Shown here: positions 23,983 through 31,412 of the stretch, piece by piece
Layout of the letters: the number at the start of each line of letters is the position of its first letter
Position numbering within the stretch: the stretch's first letter is position 1
DNA from: an archaeon
GTDB taxonomy: Archaea; Iainarchaeota; Iainarchaeia; Iainarchaeales; CSSED10-239
Direction of reading: 5' to 3'
NCBI GenBank assembly: GCA_035390665.1
Contig: DAOOUC010000003.1
Coordinates: forward strand, 1 to 32,000
Length of the DNA: 32,000 nt
The notes under the pieces: generated by a model
Databases searched by the model: none
Told to the model about the DNA's origin: nothing
Seen by the model: the letters and a program-made list of their open reading frames with translations, nothing else
Position numbers and translations under genes: made by a program

Positions 23983-25392
23983 TTAATCAAGAGGAATAAC
24001 GCATCTAAACCCAATCGAATCTGATTTATAACTTGGCGCCCATCTTAAATTCATTGCAAAAACACCTGATGCATTTTCATCAAAATGTGTTCCACCCCTT
24101 ACTATTGCGTGAACATTTGAATTATATGCAAGTCCTGAATTTGCTTGTCCTGGAGCAATATAAATTTTTCCAACACCTTGTTCTGAATCATAATCATTAA
24201 ATGGTTTTATTTGACTATATGTTAAAGAACCCGATCTTGCCAAATTTGTAAATTCATACCAATCTCTTTCAAATAAATCTTCAAATCCTGGAGATCCATG
24301 CTGTACACCGCCACTATCATTTCCTTTATTATTTAAATCAGGATAATCCTCGCAGGTTCCATCACAACTTTCTATAATTGTTAAATCTACCCATTCTGCT
24401 AAATTTCCAGAGAAATCCCATATTTCTTCGCCATTAGATAAAACTAACTTAGCAAGTTCATTTCTATTATCTCCATAATCAATTAAACCCTTTAAATAGG
24501 ATGCAGAACTATCTATTCCTACATTTCCTTTTTTTAATGACCCTATTCCTGTTATTCCGCTATCCCAATTAGTTGAAACTTGTTCAATATTTCTTGCAAT
24601 TGTCATCCATTCATCATTTGTTATTAAATGTGCACCAGAATTCTCACAAATTTTTTTTACTGCACATAAATTTAAAATGGTTTCTGGAGGATCAGAAATT
24701 TTGTTTTCTAAAACCGCCATTGAACCATTAATTTCATTTCCTTCTTCACACATTCCATCAGAAATATATCCATCATTTATTCTAGCTTCATATTTTTGAA
24801 CACAAAATTCAGAAGTATTATAATTTGGATTCCCTGGAACTGTAATATATCCATCTGGACAGCTTGTTGTTACTATTTCAGGATTATAACTTTCACAATA
24901 TCTAAAATCAAAATCTTGTGAATTAACTTTTAATTCTATATATTTATTCTCAATGGTATATAAATTTAAAATAAAAGAACTTGATGGAAAACAAGCAATT
25001 GGAATTATAGTCAAATCTCCGCTATTTATTTCAATTTGTGGATTTAATGCAATTCTTTTTGTAAGATATTTAGCATCCTGCAATTGATTATCAACTATAG
25101 TATATCCTTTAATAACTAAATCTTTTGTACTTGTATTTTGAATTAAAACAGATCTATTTATTGCTTTTTTTACAAATATAAATCCTGTTATATCATCTTT
25201 TTCTGCTATTATATCTTTAGATGAAGACAATGTTGTATTTGTAAAATTTGTTCCCCAATTTATTATTATAGTAACTATAACTACACAAATTACTACAAGT
25301 AAAATAATTGCAATAATAGGAGATATTGCTTTTTCTTTTGTTCTCATATCTTTCTTTCTTTTTTTATTTAATTTATTTTTTTTTAAATTCAT
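23983..25392 (-). CDS. surface protein: archaeal type IV pilin-like (class III) signal peptide plus C-terminal FGE-sulfatase/SUMF1-type domain
   Basis: The N-terminus has a basic stretch followed by KEKAISPIIAIILLVVICVVIVTII (Pilin_N pattern A-[IV]-SP-[IV]-I). The C-terminus reads HLITNDEWMTIARN, SGNLAEWV, VRGGTHFD, SIGFRCV, typical of the FGE-sulfatase fold. Confidence 0.7.
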   Translation of the reverse strand: MNLKKNKLNKKRKKDMRTKEKAISPIIAIILLVVICVVIVTIIINWGTNFTNTTLSSSKDIIAEKDDITGFIFVKKAINRSVLIQNTSTKDLVIKGYTIVDNQLQDAKYLTKRIALNPQIEINSGDLTIIPIACFPSSSFILNLYTIENKYIELKVNSQDFDFRYCESYNPEIVTTSCPDGYITVPGNPNYNTSEFCVQKYEARINDGYISDGMCEEGNEINGSMAVLENKISDPPETILNLCAVKKICENSGAHLITNDEWMTIARNIEQVSTNWDSGITGIGSLKKGNVGIDSSASYLKGLIDYGDNRNELAKLVLSNGEEIWDFSGNLAEWVDLTIIESCDGTCEDYPDLNNKGNDSGGVQHGSPGFEDLFERDWYEFTNLARSGSLTYSQIKPFNDYDSEQGVGKIYIAPGQANSGLAYNSNVHAIVRGGTHFDENASGVFAMNLRWAPSYKSDSIGFRCVIPLD

Positions 25393-25415
25393 TTAAATTA
25401 CCTTAAAATAAAAAA

Positions 25416-25644
25416 TAGAGCTGACGGGATTCGAACCCGCAAAACAAGAAATAAATTAACCATGATAACGCACCCTTTCGGAATGCACGACCAACATAAG
25501 TTAGGATCACTACCTACTCCCTACAATTACTTGCAAAGAGAACACCCAAAGGGCTTATACTCCTTCGTTTTTTACATCATCTTCAATTTATTTCCATAAA
25601 CTGGCTTCGGAGACCAGTGTTTCTTCCAACGAAACTTCAGCTCC
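25416..25644 (-). tRNA. tRNA-Arg(CCG) gene carrying a ~155-nt insertion (putative non-canonical intron) between the anticodon stem and the T stem
   Basis: The minus strand reads GGAGCTG AA GTTT CGTTGGAAG AAAC A CTGGT CTCCGAA GCCAG [160 nt, 25441..25600] GCGGG TTCGAAT CCCGT CAGCTCT A. The acceptor has 7 bp (G1.U72 wobble). The T arm is textbook (G53 T54 T55 C56 ... C61). The anticodon loop has U33 and anticodon CCG. CCA is not encoded. Caveat: A8 and C14 replace the usual U8/A14. Confidence 0.75.
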
Positions 25645-25663
25645 TATATAAAATGTAATTAAT

Positions 25664-25671
25664 TATCTAAA
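25664..25671 (-). promoter_or_regulatory. TATA-box-like TTTAGATA about 20-27 nt upstream of the tRNA 5' end
   Basis: The minus strand reads ...GCTTTAGATAATTAATTACATTTTATATA|GGAGCTG. The position fits archaeal TATA-to-TSS spacing. It overlaps the 3' end of the upstream 110-aa ORF. Confidence 0.35.
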
Positions 25672-25673
25672 GC

Positions 25674-26006
25674 TCACCGGGGACTAATTTCTTCTATTTC
25701 ATCTTCTAAAATATTTAATGATTCAAAAATATAATTGTCTTCTGTTATTTCATCAAAATAAATTGTATCATCAATTTGTAATTCATTTATTGTAATGCTA
25801 TCATTTACTATTTTTGCTTTTTCAAACCTATCTGAAGAATTGTTTACAGAATTATCTGTTTTTTGATTATTTAAAACAATAGTTCTGAAATCAATATTTT
25901 TGGATAAAAATAAAAGCATAACGAGAAATAAAAAAATCACAGCAGTAATTTGCTCTTTTTTATTCTGATATTTTCTATATCTTTGTCTATTTATTTTTAT
26001 ATTCAT
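25674..26006 (-). CDS. hypothetical single-pass membrane protein with acidic C-terminal region
   Basis: 110-aa ORF with a basic N-terminus, the TM segment ITAVIFLFLVMLLFL, and a D/E/N-rich tail. A promoter-like module lies upstream. Confidence 0.5.
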   Translation of the reverse strand: MNIKINRQRYRKYQNKKEQITAVIFLFLVMLLFLSKNIDFRTIVLNNQKTDNSVNNSSDRFEKAKIVNDSITINELQIDDTIYFDEITEDNYIFESLNILEDEIEEISPR

Positions 26007-26056
26007 ATTCTGTCTTATTTCTCTAATTATCTAAATTAATAAGTTCAAAAGGTTTA

Positions 26057-26083
26057 AATATATATGTTAAAGATATATAAAAA
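26057..26083 (-). promoter_or_regulatory. promoter-like module (minus strand TTTTTATATATCTTTAACATATATATT), copy 2 of 2
   Basis: TTTATATA starts ~75 nt upstream of the ATG at 26006. It shares TTTATATATCTTT...CATATATAT with 23778..23807. Confidence 0.4.
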
Positions 26084-26117
26084 TTAATAAAAAAATAGAA
26101 AAGAATTATTCTTCGAT

Positions 26118-28316
26118 TTAATCGAAGAAGAATTCTGCTGGCTTTGGTTCTGGTTCTAATCCTTTTCTTGTTCTTATCTCTGTTATGGTTGGCATTAATA
26201 AGGATTTTGGAAGTTTTTCATAACCTGCATATTCTGCTGTCCAGATTGCTCTTCCTTGTGTTTCTCCTCTCATTTCTTGGCTTAAACCAATTAAGGATTT
26301 AACAGGAATATTTCCTACAATAATACAAGAGTCTCCTTCCATATCTATTCTTTCAATCTGCGCTCTTCTACTTGCAAGAACTCTATTAACTGAACCCATA
26401 AAGTCTTGTGGTACTGAAACAGATAATTTCTGTTTTGGTTCAAATAAAGTATAGTCTGATAAAAGAATACATGCCCAAATTGCTCTTGTTATTGCTGGAA
26501 GTACTTGTGCTGGTCCTCTATGGATTGCATCTTCGTGAAGTGTTGCATCTTCAAGATTAACAAGAATTCCAGAAACCTTTTCTTTAGCAACAGGTCCTTC
26601 TTTTGTTGCATCATTGAATGCATCAATTACAAGTTCTCTTGTTTCGAAAAGATTTTGTATTCCTTTAGTTCTATTAATTAAAATAGAATTATTATGGACT
26701 GCCCAAATATTTTTAGACTCATCTTTTGTAAATCCTGCTTCTTCAAATTTCTTTTGAATATCTACATCTTTGTTTAATCTTATTCTTCCATCAAACTTCA
26801 TTGCTTTAATTTTTGCAAGCATTTCTGGTTCGATTGGCTCAATCGATATCTTAAATTTGTTGTGTTTGTTTGGAGATTTTCCTTCAATTGTTGGTGATGC
26901 CTTTTGTATTGTTTCGTAGTATAATACAATTGGTGGACTTACTGTGATTGGGATATTATTATCTTTTTCAATCTTATATTGTGTAATTTCTAAGTGTAGT
27001 TCTCCCATACCTGAAATTAAGTGTTCTCCTGTTTCTTGATTTAATTCAGCTCTAACGTTTGGATCTTCTTTTGTGATGTTGTGAACAACTTCAATTAATT
27101 TTGGAAGATCTTTACTGTTCTTTGCTTCAATAGAAACGGTCATAACTGGTTCAACATCTGACATAAAGCTTTCAAATGGTTTAATGTCTTTATTTGATAA
27201 TGTTTGACCAGCATAAACTTCTTTCATTCCGATAACACAAGCAATATTACCTGCAATAACTTCATCTAAGATAACTCTTTCAGGACCTAAATAAATTCCA
27301 ACTTGTTGAACTTTTGCAGTTTTATCTGCACCAAGAACTTTTAAGTCCATTCCTTTCTTTATACTTCCTGCATAAACTCTTCCAGATGCAATATCTCCTG
27401 CATGTTTATCTAAAACAATATCTGTAACCATCATTGCAATGTTTTCTTCTGAGTGATTACATTCTGTCATTGCTTTTCCTTCTTCTGTTTCTAAATCTCC
27501 ACCCCAAATTATTGGAATTCTATATTTTTGTGATTGCATTGGATTTGGAAGATGTTGTGAAACCATTTCTAAGAATACTTCACTTACTGGTATTTTTTGT
27601 GCTAATTCTTTTTGTTTTTCATTCTTACAATAATCTACAATATCACTAAACTTTATATTATATTTAGTCATTGCTGGAACTGATAATGCCCAATTGTGAA
27701 AACCAGAACCGAAACATACAGAACCATCTTTAATATTTACTTGCCAATCTTTTGCAAATTCTTCTGGTGCATTCTTTGCAATTAAGTTATTAATATCCAT
27801 TACAACTTTTACAAATCTTTTTTGCATATCTTCTGGTGCAACATTCATTTCTGTAATTAATCTATCAACTTTATTAATGAATAATACAGGCTTTACTCTT
27901 TCTTTTAATGCTTGTCTTAGAACTGTTTCTGTCTGAGGCATAACTCCTTCAACAGCATCAACAACTAAAACAGCACCATCAACTGCTCTCATAGCTCTGA
28001 TAACATCTCCACCAAAGTCAACGTGTCCTGGTGTATCAATAATATTAACTAAGTATTTCTCTCCATTGATTTCACAAGGAACAGAAACATTTGAAGCATT
28101 GATTGTAATTCCTCTTTCTTGTTCTAAGATATAAGAATCCATGAATACTTGTTGTCCTGCAAGTTCTTTAGAAATAAGTCCTGCTGTAGCAACTAAGTTA
28201 TCTGTTAATGTTGATTTTCCGTGATCAATGTGAGCAATAATTGCAATATTTCTAATATTTTTAGTATTAGCCATTAATTTTTGTGCAAGTTCTGCAACTA
28301 ATTCTTTTCGTCCCAT
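26118..28316 (-). CDS. fusA: translation elongation factor 2 (aEF-2)
   Basis: G-domain motifs AHIDHGKST, DTPGHVDF and NKVDR, plus the diphthamide-site block LHEDAIHRGPAQV. 732 aa. Sits downstream of S12-S7 as in other archaea. Confidence 0.97.
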   Translation of the reverse strand: MGRKELVAELAQKLMANTKNIRNIAIIAHIDHGKSTLTDNLVATAGLISKELAGQQVFMDSYILEQERGITINASNVSVPCEINGEKYLVNIIDTPGHVDFGGDVIRAMRAVDGAVLVVDAVEGVMPQTETVLRQALKERVKPVLFINKVDRLITEMNVAPEDMQKRFVKVVMDINNLIAKNAPEEFAKDWQVNIKDGSVCFGSGFHNWALSVPAMTKYNIKFSDIVDYCKNEKQKELAQKIPVSEVFLEMVSQHLPNPMQSQKYRIPIIWGGDLETEEGKAMTECNHSEENIAMMVTDIVLDKHAGDIASGRVYAGSIKKGMDLKVLGADKTAKVQQVGIYLGPERVILDEVIAGNIACVIGMKEVYAGQTLSNKDIKPFESFMSDVEPVMTVSIEAKNSKDLPKLIEVVHNITKEDPNVRAELNQETGEHLISGMGELHLEITQYKIEKDNNIPITVSPPIVLYYETIQKASPTIEGKSPNKHNKFKISIEPIEPEMLAKIKAMKFDGRIRLNKDVDIQKKFEEAGFTKDESKNIWAVHNNSILINRTKGIQNLFETRELVIDAFNDATKEGPVAKEKVSGILVNLEDATLHEDAIHRGPAQVLPAITRAIWACILLSDYTLFEPKQKLSVSVPQDFMGSVNRVLASRRAQIERIDMEGDSCIIVGNIPVKSLIGLSQEMRGETQGRAIWTAEYAGYEKLPKSLLMPTITEIRTRKGLEPEPKPAEFFFD

Positions 28317-28362
28317 AATTTCTCCATTTTATTTTTATGTAAATATATATAATTGATAAATA

Positions 28363-28381
28363 TTCTTTTTTGAAAAAAGAA
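28363..28381. other. perfect 9-1-9 A/T palindrome TTCTTTTTTGAAAAAAGAA between rps7 and the EF-2 gene
   Basis: Seen directly in the sequence. It provides a T-run on both strands and could act as a weak hairpin, an oligo-T termination signal or a pause signal. The function is not established. Confidence 0.25.
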
Positions 28382-28406
28382 AAAATAAAAAAGGTTCTTT
28401 TTTGAT

Positions 28407-29006
28407 TTATCTTGAACCTTGTGCAATTCTTTCGATTTCGTCTTTTCTTTTTACTGAAAAGCTTTTTTGGTCGTTCTTTGATGCATCAATTATTTCTTCT
28501 GCTAAAGCAATGTGTGTTTCTTTCTTACTTTTGTAAGTATTCTTGAAACAAGCAAGAGCAATATTTTTTAATGCCTCATCAAGTCTTTTGATTGGTGCAA
28601 GATCAACAGATTGTGTGTAAGTAATACTTCCTTTCTGTAATTTAGTAATATCTTCTCTTGGTGCTGAATATTCAACAGCTGTAACTAAGACTTGTACTGG
28701 ATTTTCTTTTGTTGTTTTGTGTATATAATCAAATGCATCTTCAACAGTTTTAATCATTTGCTCTTTCTTTCCACAACCCATTCTGTGTCTTACAAATTTA
28801 CCTGAAAGTTTCTTCTTTCCTTGTCCAGATCTCATCATCTTATTTACTAATCTTTCAACCAGATTAATTTTTGTTTTTCTAGATGGTTCTTTATTTGTTG
28901 CACCAAAGGTGTGTGGAATTACTTTTTCTTCTAAGTTCATGTACTTGTAAAGTCCTTGATCCTTAAAGTTTATTCCTTTTGTTTCCCATTTATCAAATAA
29001 TTTCAT
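28407..29006 (-). CDS. rps7: 30S ribosomal protein S7 (uS7)
   Basis: Archaeal uS7 blocks LVERLVNKMMRSG, NPVQVLVTAVEYSAPRED and KRKDEIERIAQGSR. 199 aa. Operon position after S12. Confidence 0.95.
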   Translation of the reverse strand: MKLFDKWETKGINFKDQGLYKYMNLEEKVIPHTFGATNKEPSRKTKINLVERLVNKMMRSGQGKKKLSGKFVRHRMGCGKKEQMIKTVEDAFDYIHKTTKENPVQVLVTAVEYSAPREDITKLQKGSITYTQSVDLAPIKRLDEALKNIALACFKNTYKSKKETHIALAEEIIDASKNDQKSFSVKRKDEIERIAQGSR

Positions 29007-29016
29007 ATTTTAACAC

Positions 29017-29442
29017 CTATCTCTTAGATTTTTCCTTCTTTCCTTTTCTTAGCATTTCAAGTGATTGTCCATTTACTTTAATGACTTTATATCTCACACC
29101 CCAAAGATCACCGATTGGACCGCCTTTTCTTCCACCGATACCTTCAACAGTAACTTGATCGTGTGCATCAATAAACTTGATTGCTTTATCTTTTGGAGCA
29201 AATGCTGTAAGTTCTTTTCCATTCTTAATTAATTGAACTCTTACACATTTTCTAATACCTGAGTTTGGCTGTCTTGCAGTAATTCCTTTTTTATCAAGAA
29301 CGATTCCTCTTGCTTGAGGTGCTCCTTTCATAAGTCCTGCTTTTTTATCAACCTTTAATTTTCTTTTTGTTCTTGGATCTTTTTTAGTCCATTTCTTTCT
29401 TTCTTTAATTAATTTTCTTGCTGAAAATTCTCCATTTGCCAT
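29017..29442 (-). CDS. rps12: 30S ribosomal protein S12 (uS12)
   Basis: [51 protein letters not shown]. 141 aa. Confidence 0.95.
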   Translation of the reverse strand: MANGEFSARKLIKERKKWTKKDPRTKRKLKVDKKAGLMKGAPQARGIVLDKKGITARQPNSGIRKCVRVQLIKNGKELTAFAPKDKAIKFIDAHDQVTVEGIGGRKGGPIGDLWGVRYKVIKVNGQSLEMLRKGKKEKSKR

Positions 29443-29457
29443 TATTTTTCACCTTAA

Positions 29458-30018
29458 TTATTTTTTCTTGATTTTAATTATGTCTTTAAACATCTTGTCT
29501 TCCATTATTGGAACTTCTTCTTTTTCTTCGTCTTTTTCCTTAGCTTCTTTTGGTTTTCTTGAAGTTCTTTTCTTTGTGTTTAATTCATCTTCAGAATAAT
29601 CAGCATCGGATTCAGCCTTTTTCTTCTCTCTTGTTTTCTTTGCTTCTTTTTTCTCTTCTTTCTTTGCTTTCTTTGCTGTTACTTTTACGCTTTCTTTTTT
29701 ATCTGAATCTTTTTCTTCAATTACTTCAAAGATTGATGATTTTCCTTCATTTAGAATTGTTATAATTGATATACCAAATGGTTTTCCACATACAGAACCA
29801 AGTTCTATACTCCCTTCTGGATATTCAATTACTTTTATTCCTAATAATTTTGCATAATAGAAAAAAAGATCCTTATCTTGTGAATCAATTGTTGAACTAA
29901 CAATTATTAATTTTGGTTCACCAACTAAACATTCTTTTTTTGCTTGATTTGCACCGTAAATTATTTTACCTGTATCTATTGTATTTCTTAATTCTTGATT
30001 GAATTTTGTCCAATTCAT
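29458..30018 (-). CDS. rpl30e: 50S ribosomal protein L30e with an ~85-aa K/E-rich C-terminal extension
   Basis: The N-terminal ~100 aa match L30e (GKIIYGANQAKKECLVGEPKLIIVSS...YYAKLLGIKVIEYPGSIELGSVCGKPFGISIITI). The remainder is low-complexity KKAKKEEKKEAKKTREKKK...EEKEE. It lies between rpoA'' and rps12. Confidence 0.8.
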   Translation of the reverse strand: MNWTKFNQELRNTIDTGKIIYGANQAKKECLVGEPKLIIVSSTIDSQDKDLFFYYAKLLGIKVIEYPEGSIELGSVCGKPFGISIITILNEGKSSIFEVIEEKDSDKKESVKVTAKKAKKEEKKEAKKTREKKKAESDADYSEDELNTKKRTSRKPKEAKEKDEEKEEVPIMEDKMFKDIIKIKKK

Positions 30019-30118
30019 ATGATATCCCTTTTTTTAATTTTTTTTTGTTGTCTTGCACATTTTATAGTTTTATAAACTTAAATATAATATTTAGGTTACA
30101 AAAACATTATAAATTAAA

Positions 30119-31339
30119 TTATTTATCAGATTTTAATTTTTCTTGCTGTTCTTTAGCTTTTATCATCTTTTGTAGCCCTTTAGCATCAAGAGTTAATCTG
30201 ACTTTTCCTGTTCCTGCTGAAATTGGCTGTCCAACAATTATGTTTTCTGTAATTCCAACAAGGCCTTCAACTTCTCCATTAAATGCTGCATTGATTATAT
30301 GTTTTACTGTTTCTTCAAATGAAGCTCTAGCAAATGGACTTTTCTTTTTACCTGTAATTCCAGTTCTTACAACTCCTTGTATTATTCCTGAAGAAGTCAT
30401 CATGTCTGCTAAGATATACAAGTGTCTTGTATTAATTGCAATACCGTTAGTATCAAATGTAAACTTTAATTCTTTAACAATTGCATCTCTTGCGGCTTCA
30501 ACACCAAATGCCTTATATATTTCAAAAATATCATTTGTTATTGTTCTGTAAGTATCAACACCTTCTACTTTTAGAACTTCTTTTAAGTTTGATCCTTTTG
30601 TTTGAATCATTTTTTCTCCGTTCTTTTCTATAACAACGGCTTTTTCAATTCCTTTAACTCCATATAATTGAATTTTATTCCATTTTAATATTGCTTTTCT
30701 AATATCATAAAGTGGAGTTTTATTTCCAAAATGTAAATTTATTTGTTGCTTATTGTTTGTAAATCTTTTAGAATCATATACTGTTGTTTTGGCTTTAGCT
30801 TTTGATTTTGTGTCTTCTTTTTTATCATTATCAATTTTTTCATAAATTGATTCCATTACTTCTTCTTGATCTAAACCATAAATACTTGCTTTTTCTGAAT
30901 CAAATTTAAATGAAACTACTCTTTCGGTGTAATTTTCAATAAAAGTCCCTACATCTCCAATCTTAACATCGACTAAATTTTTACAAAAATTATCAACATC
31001 TTTGTCTTTTTTTATAATTTCTCTATTAAGATAAATCTTCATGGATGGATATCTTGCTTGTGAACGAGCATCAACAATTTCAATAACTCTTTGTATTCCT
31101 TGACCAACAGAAACTTCCAAAGAACCAGCATAGTGCTTTGTTCTAAGAGTTAACTGTGTTCCTGGTTCTCCTATTGATTGAGCTGCAATTAAACCAACTG
31201 CATCTCCAGGAACAACTAGGCCATCATTATACTTTTTTGTAACAATATCTAGAAGTTTCTTTTTCTTTTCAGTGCTTAATTTTTTTATACTTGCGTATTT
31301 TTCTATTTTTTCTACAATTGAAATTGGTAATGACTTCAT
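30119..31339 (-). CDS. rpoA2: DNA-directed RNA polymerase subunit A''
   Basis: [42 protein letters not shown] and [16 protein letters not shown]. 406 aa. Follows the A' gene. Confidence 0.95.
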   Translation of the reverse strand: MKSLPISIVEKIEKYASIKKLSTEKKKKLLDIVTKKYNDGLVVPGDAVGLIAAQSIGEPGTQLTLRTKHYAGSLEVSVGQGIQRVIEIVDARSQARYPSMKIYLNREIIKKDKDVDNFCKNLVDVKIGDVGTFIENYTERVVSFKFDSEKASIYGLDQEEVMESIYEKIDNDKKEDTKSKAKAKTTVYDSKRFTNNKQQINLHFGNKTPLYDIRKAILKWNKIQLYGVKGIEKAVVIEKNGEKMIQTKGSNLKEVLKVEGVDTYRTITNDIFEIYKAFGVEAARDAIVKELKFTFDTNGIAINTRHLYILADMMTSSGIIQGVVRTGITGKKKSPFARASFEETVKHIINAAFNGEVEGLVGITENIIVGQPISAGTGKVRLTLDAKGLQKMIKAKEQQEKLKSDK

Positions 31340-31383
31340 TATATCACGTTTTTTTAAATTTCATTAAATTTTTTTAAATCTTT

Positions 31384-31412
31384 GCGCGCGAGCCCGAGCG
31401 AAACCGGCTCTA
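31384..31412 (-). repeat. third, diverged copy of the GC-rich repeat (minus strand TAGAGCCGGTTTCGCTCGGGCTCGCGCGC), starting on the rpoA' TAG stop
   Basis: Shares TAGAGCCGGTT..CG.TC.GCTCGCGC with 11415..11440. Potential hairpin GAGCC-N11-GGCTC. It is the only GC-rich island in the 70-nt rpoA'-rpoA'' spacer. Confidence 0.7.

Noticed and set aside
25416-25430. The shared octamer GTCAGCTC between the tRNA 3' acceptor/T-arm junction and the GC-rich repeats (11429..11436), as evidence for att-site duplication by an integrative element.
   Set aside because: The match is only 8 nt. No integrase or foreign-looking gene block lies between or beside the copies. The repeats lack the rest of the tRNA 3' half (no GGTTCGAATCC).
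25574-25580. A C-box-like ATGATGT inside the tRNA insertion, suggesting an intron-encoded box C/D sRNA as in some euryarchaeal tRNA-Trp introns.
   Set aside because: No D box (CUGA) is present near the 3' end of the insert or anywhere in a suitable register. The last C-box position is non-consensus. No C'/D' pair was found. The element may still be functional, but not as a recognisable C/D RNA.
3353-30551. Twenty ORFs from the six-frame track that lie antisense to, or out of frame within, confident genes. Coordinates: 3353..3550, 3746..4048, 5403..5669, 6795..7028, 7371..7559, 11380..11607, 12188..12382, 13232..13417, 14132..14359, 15440..15628, 16920..17198, 17241..17441, 18546..18740, 18766..19065, 20382..20618, 21125..21310, 21774..22121, 27434..27649, 29550..29765, 30006..30551.
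   Set aside because: Each is fully or largely embedded in a longer ORF with clear homology (GlmS, Sua5, EF-2, ThyA, SHMT, RpoA'' and others). Their translations are low-complexity F/L/I/S-rich strings typical of the reverse strand of AT-rich, K/E/N-rich genes. None has an SD-like motif or a recognisable domain.
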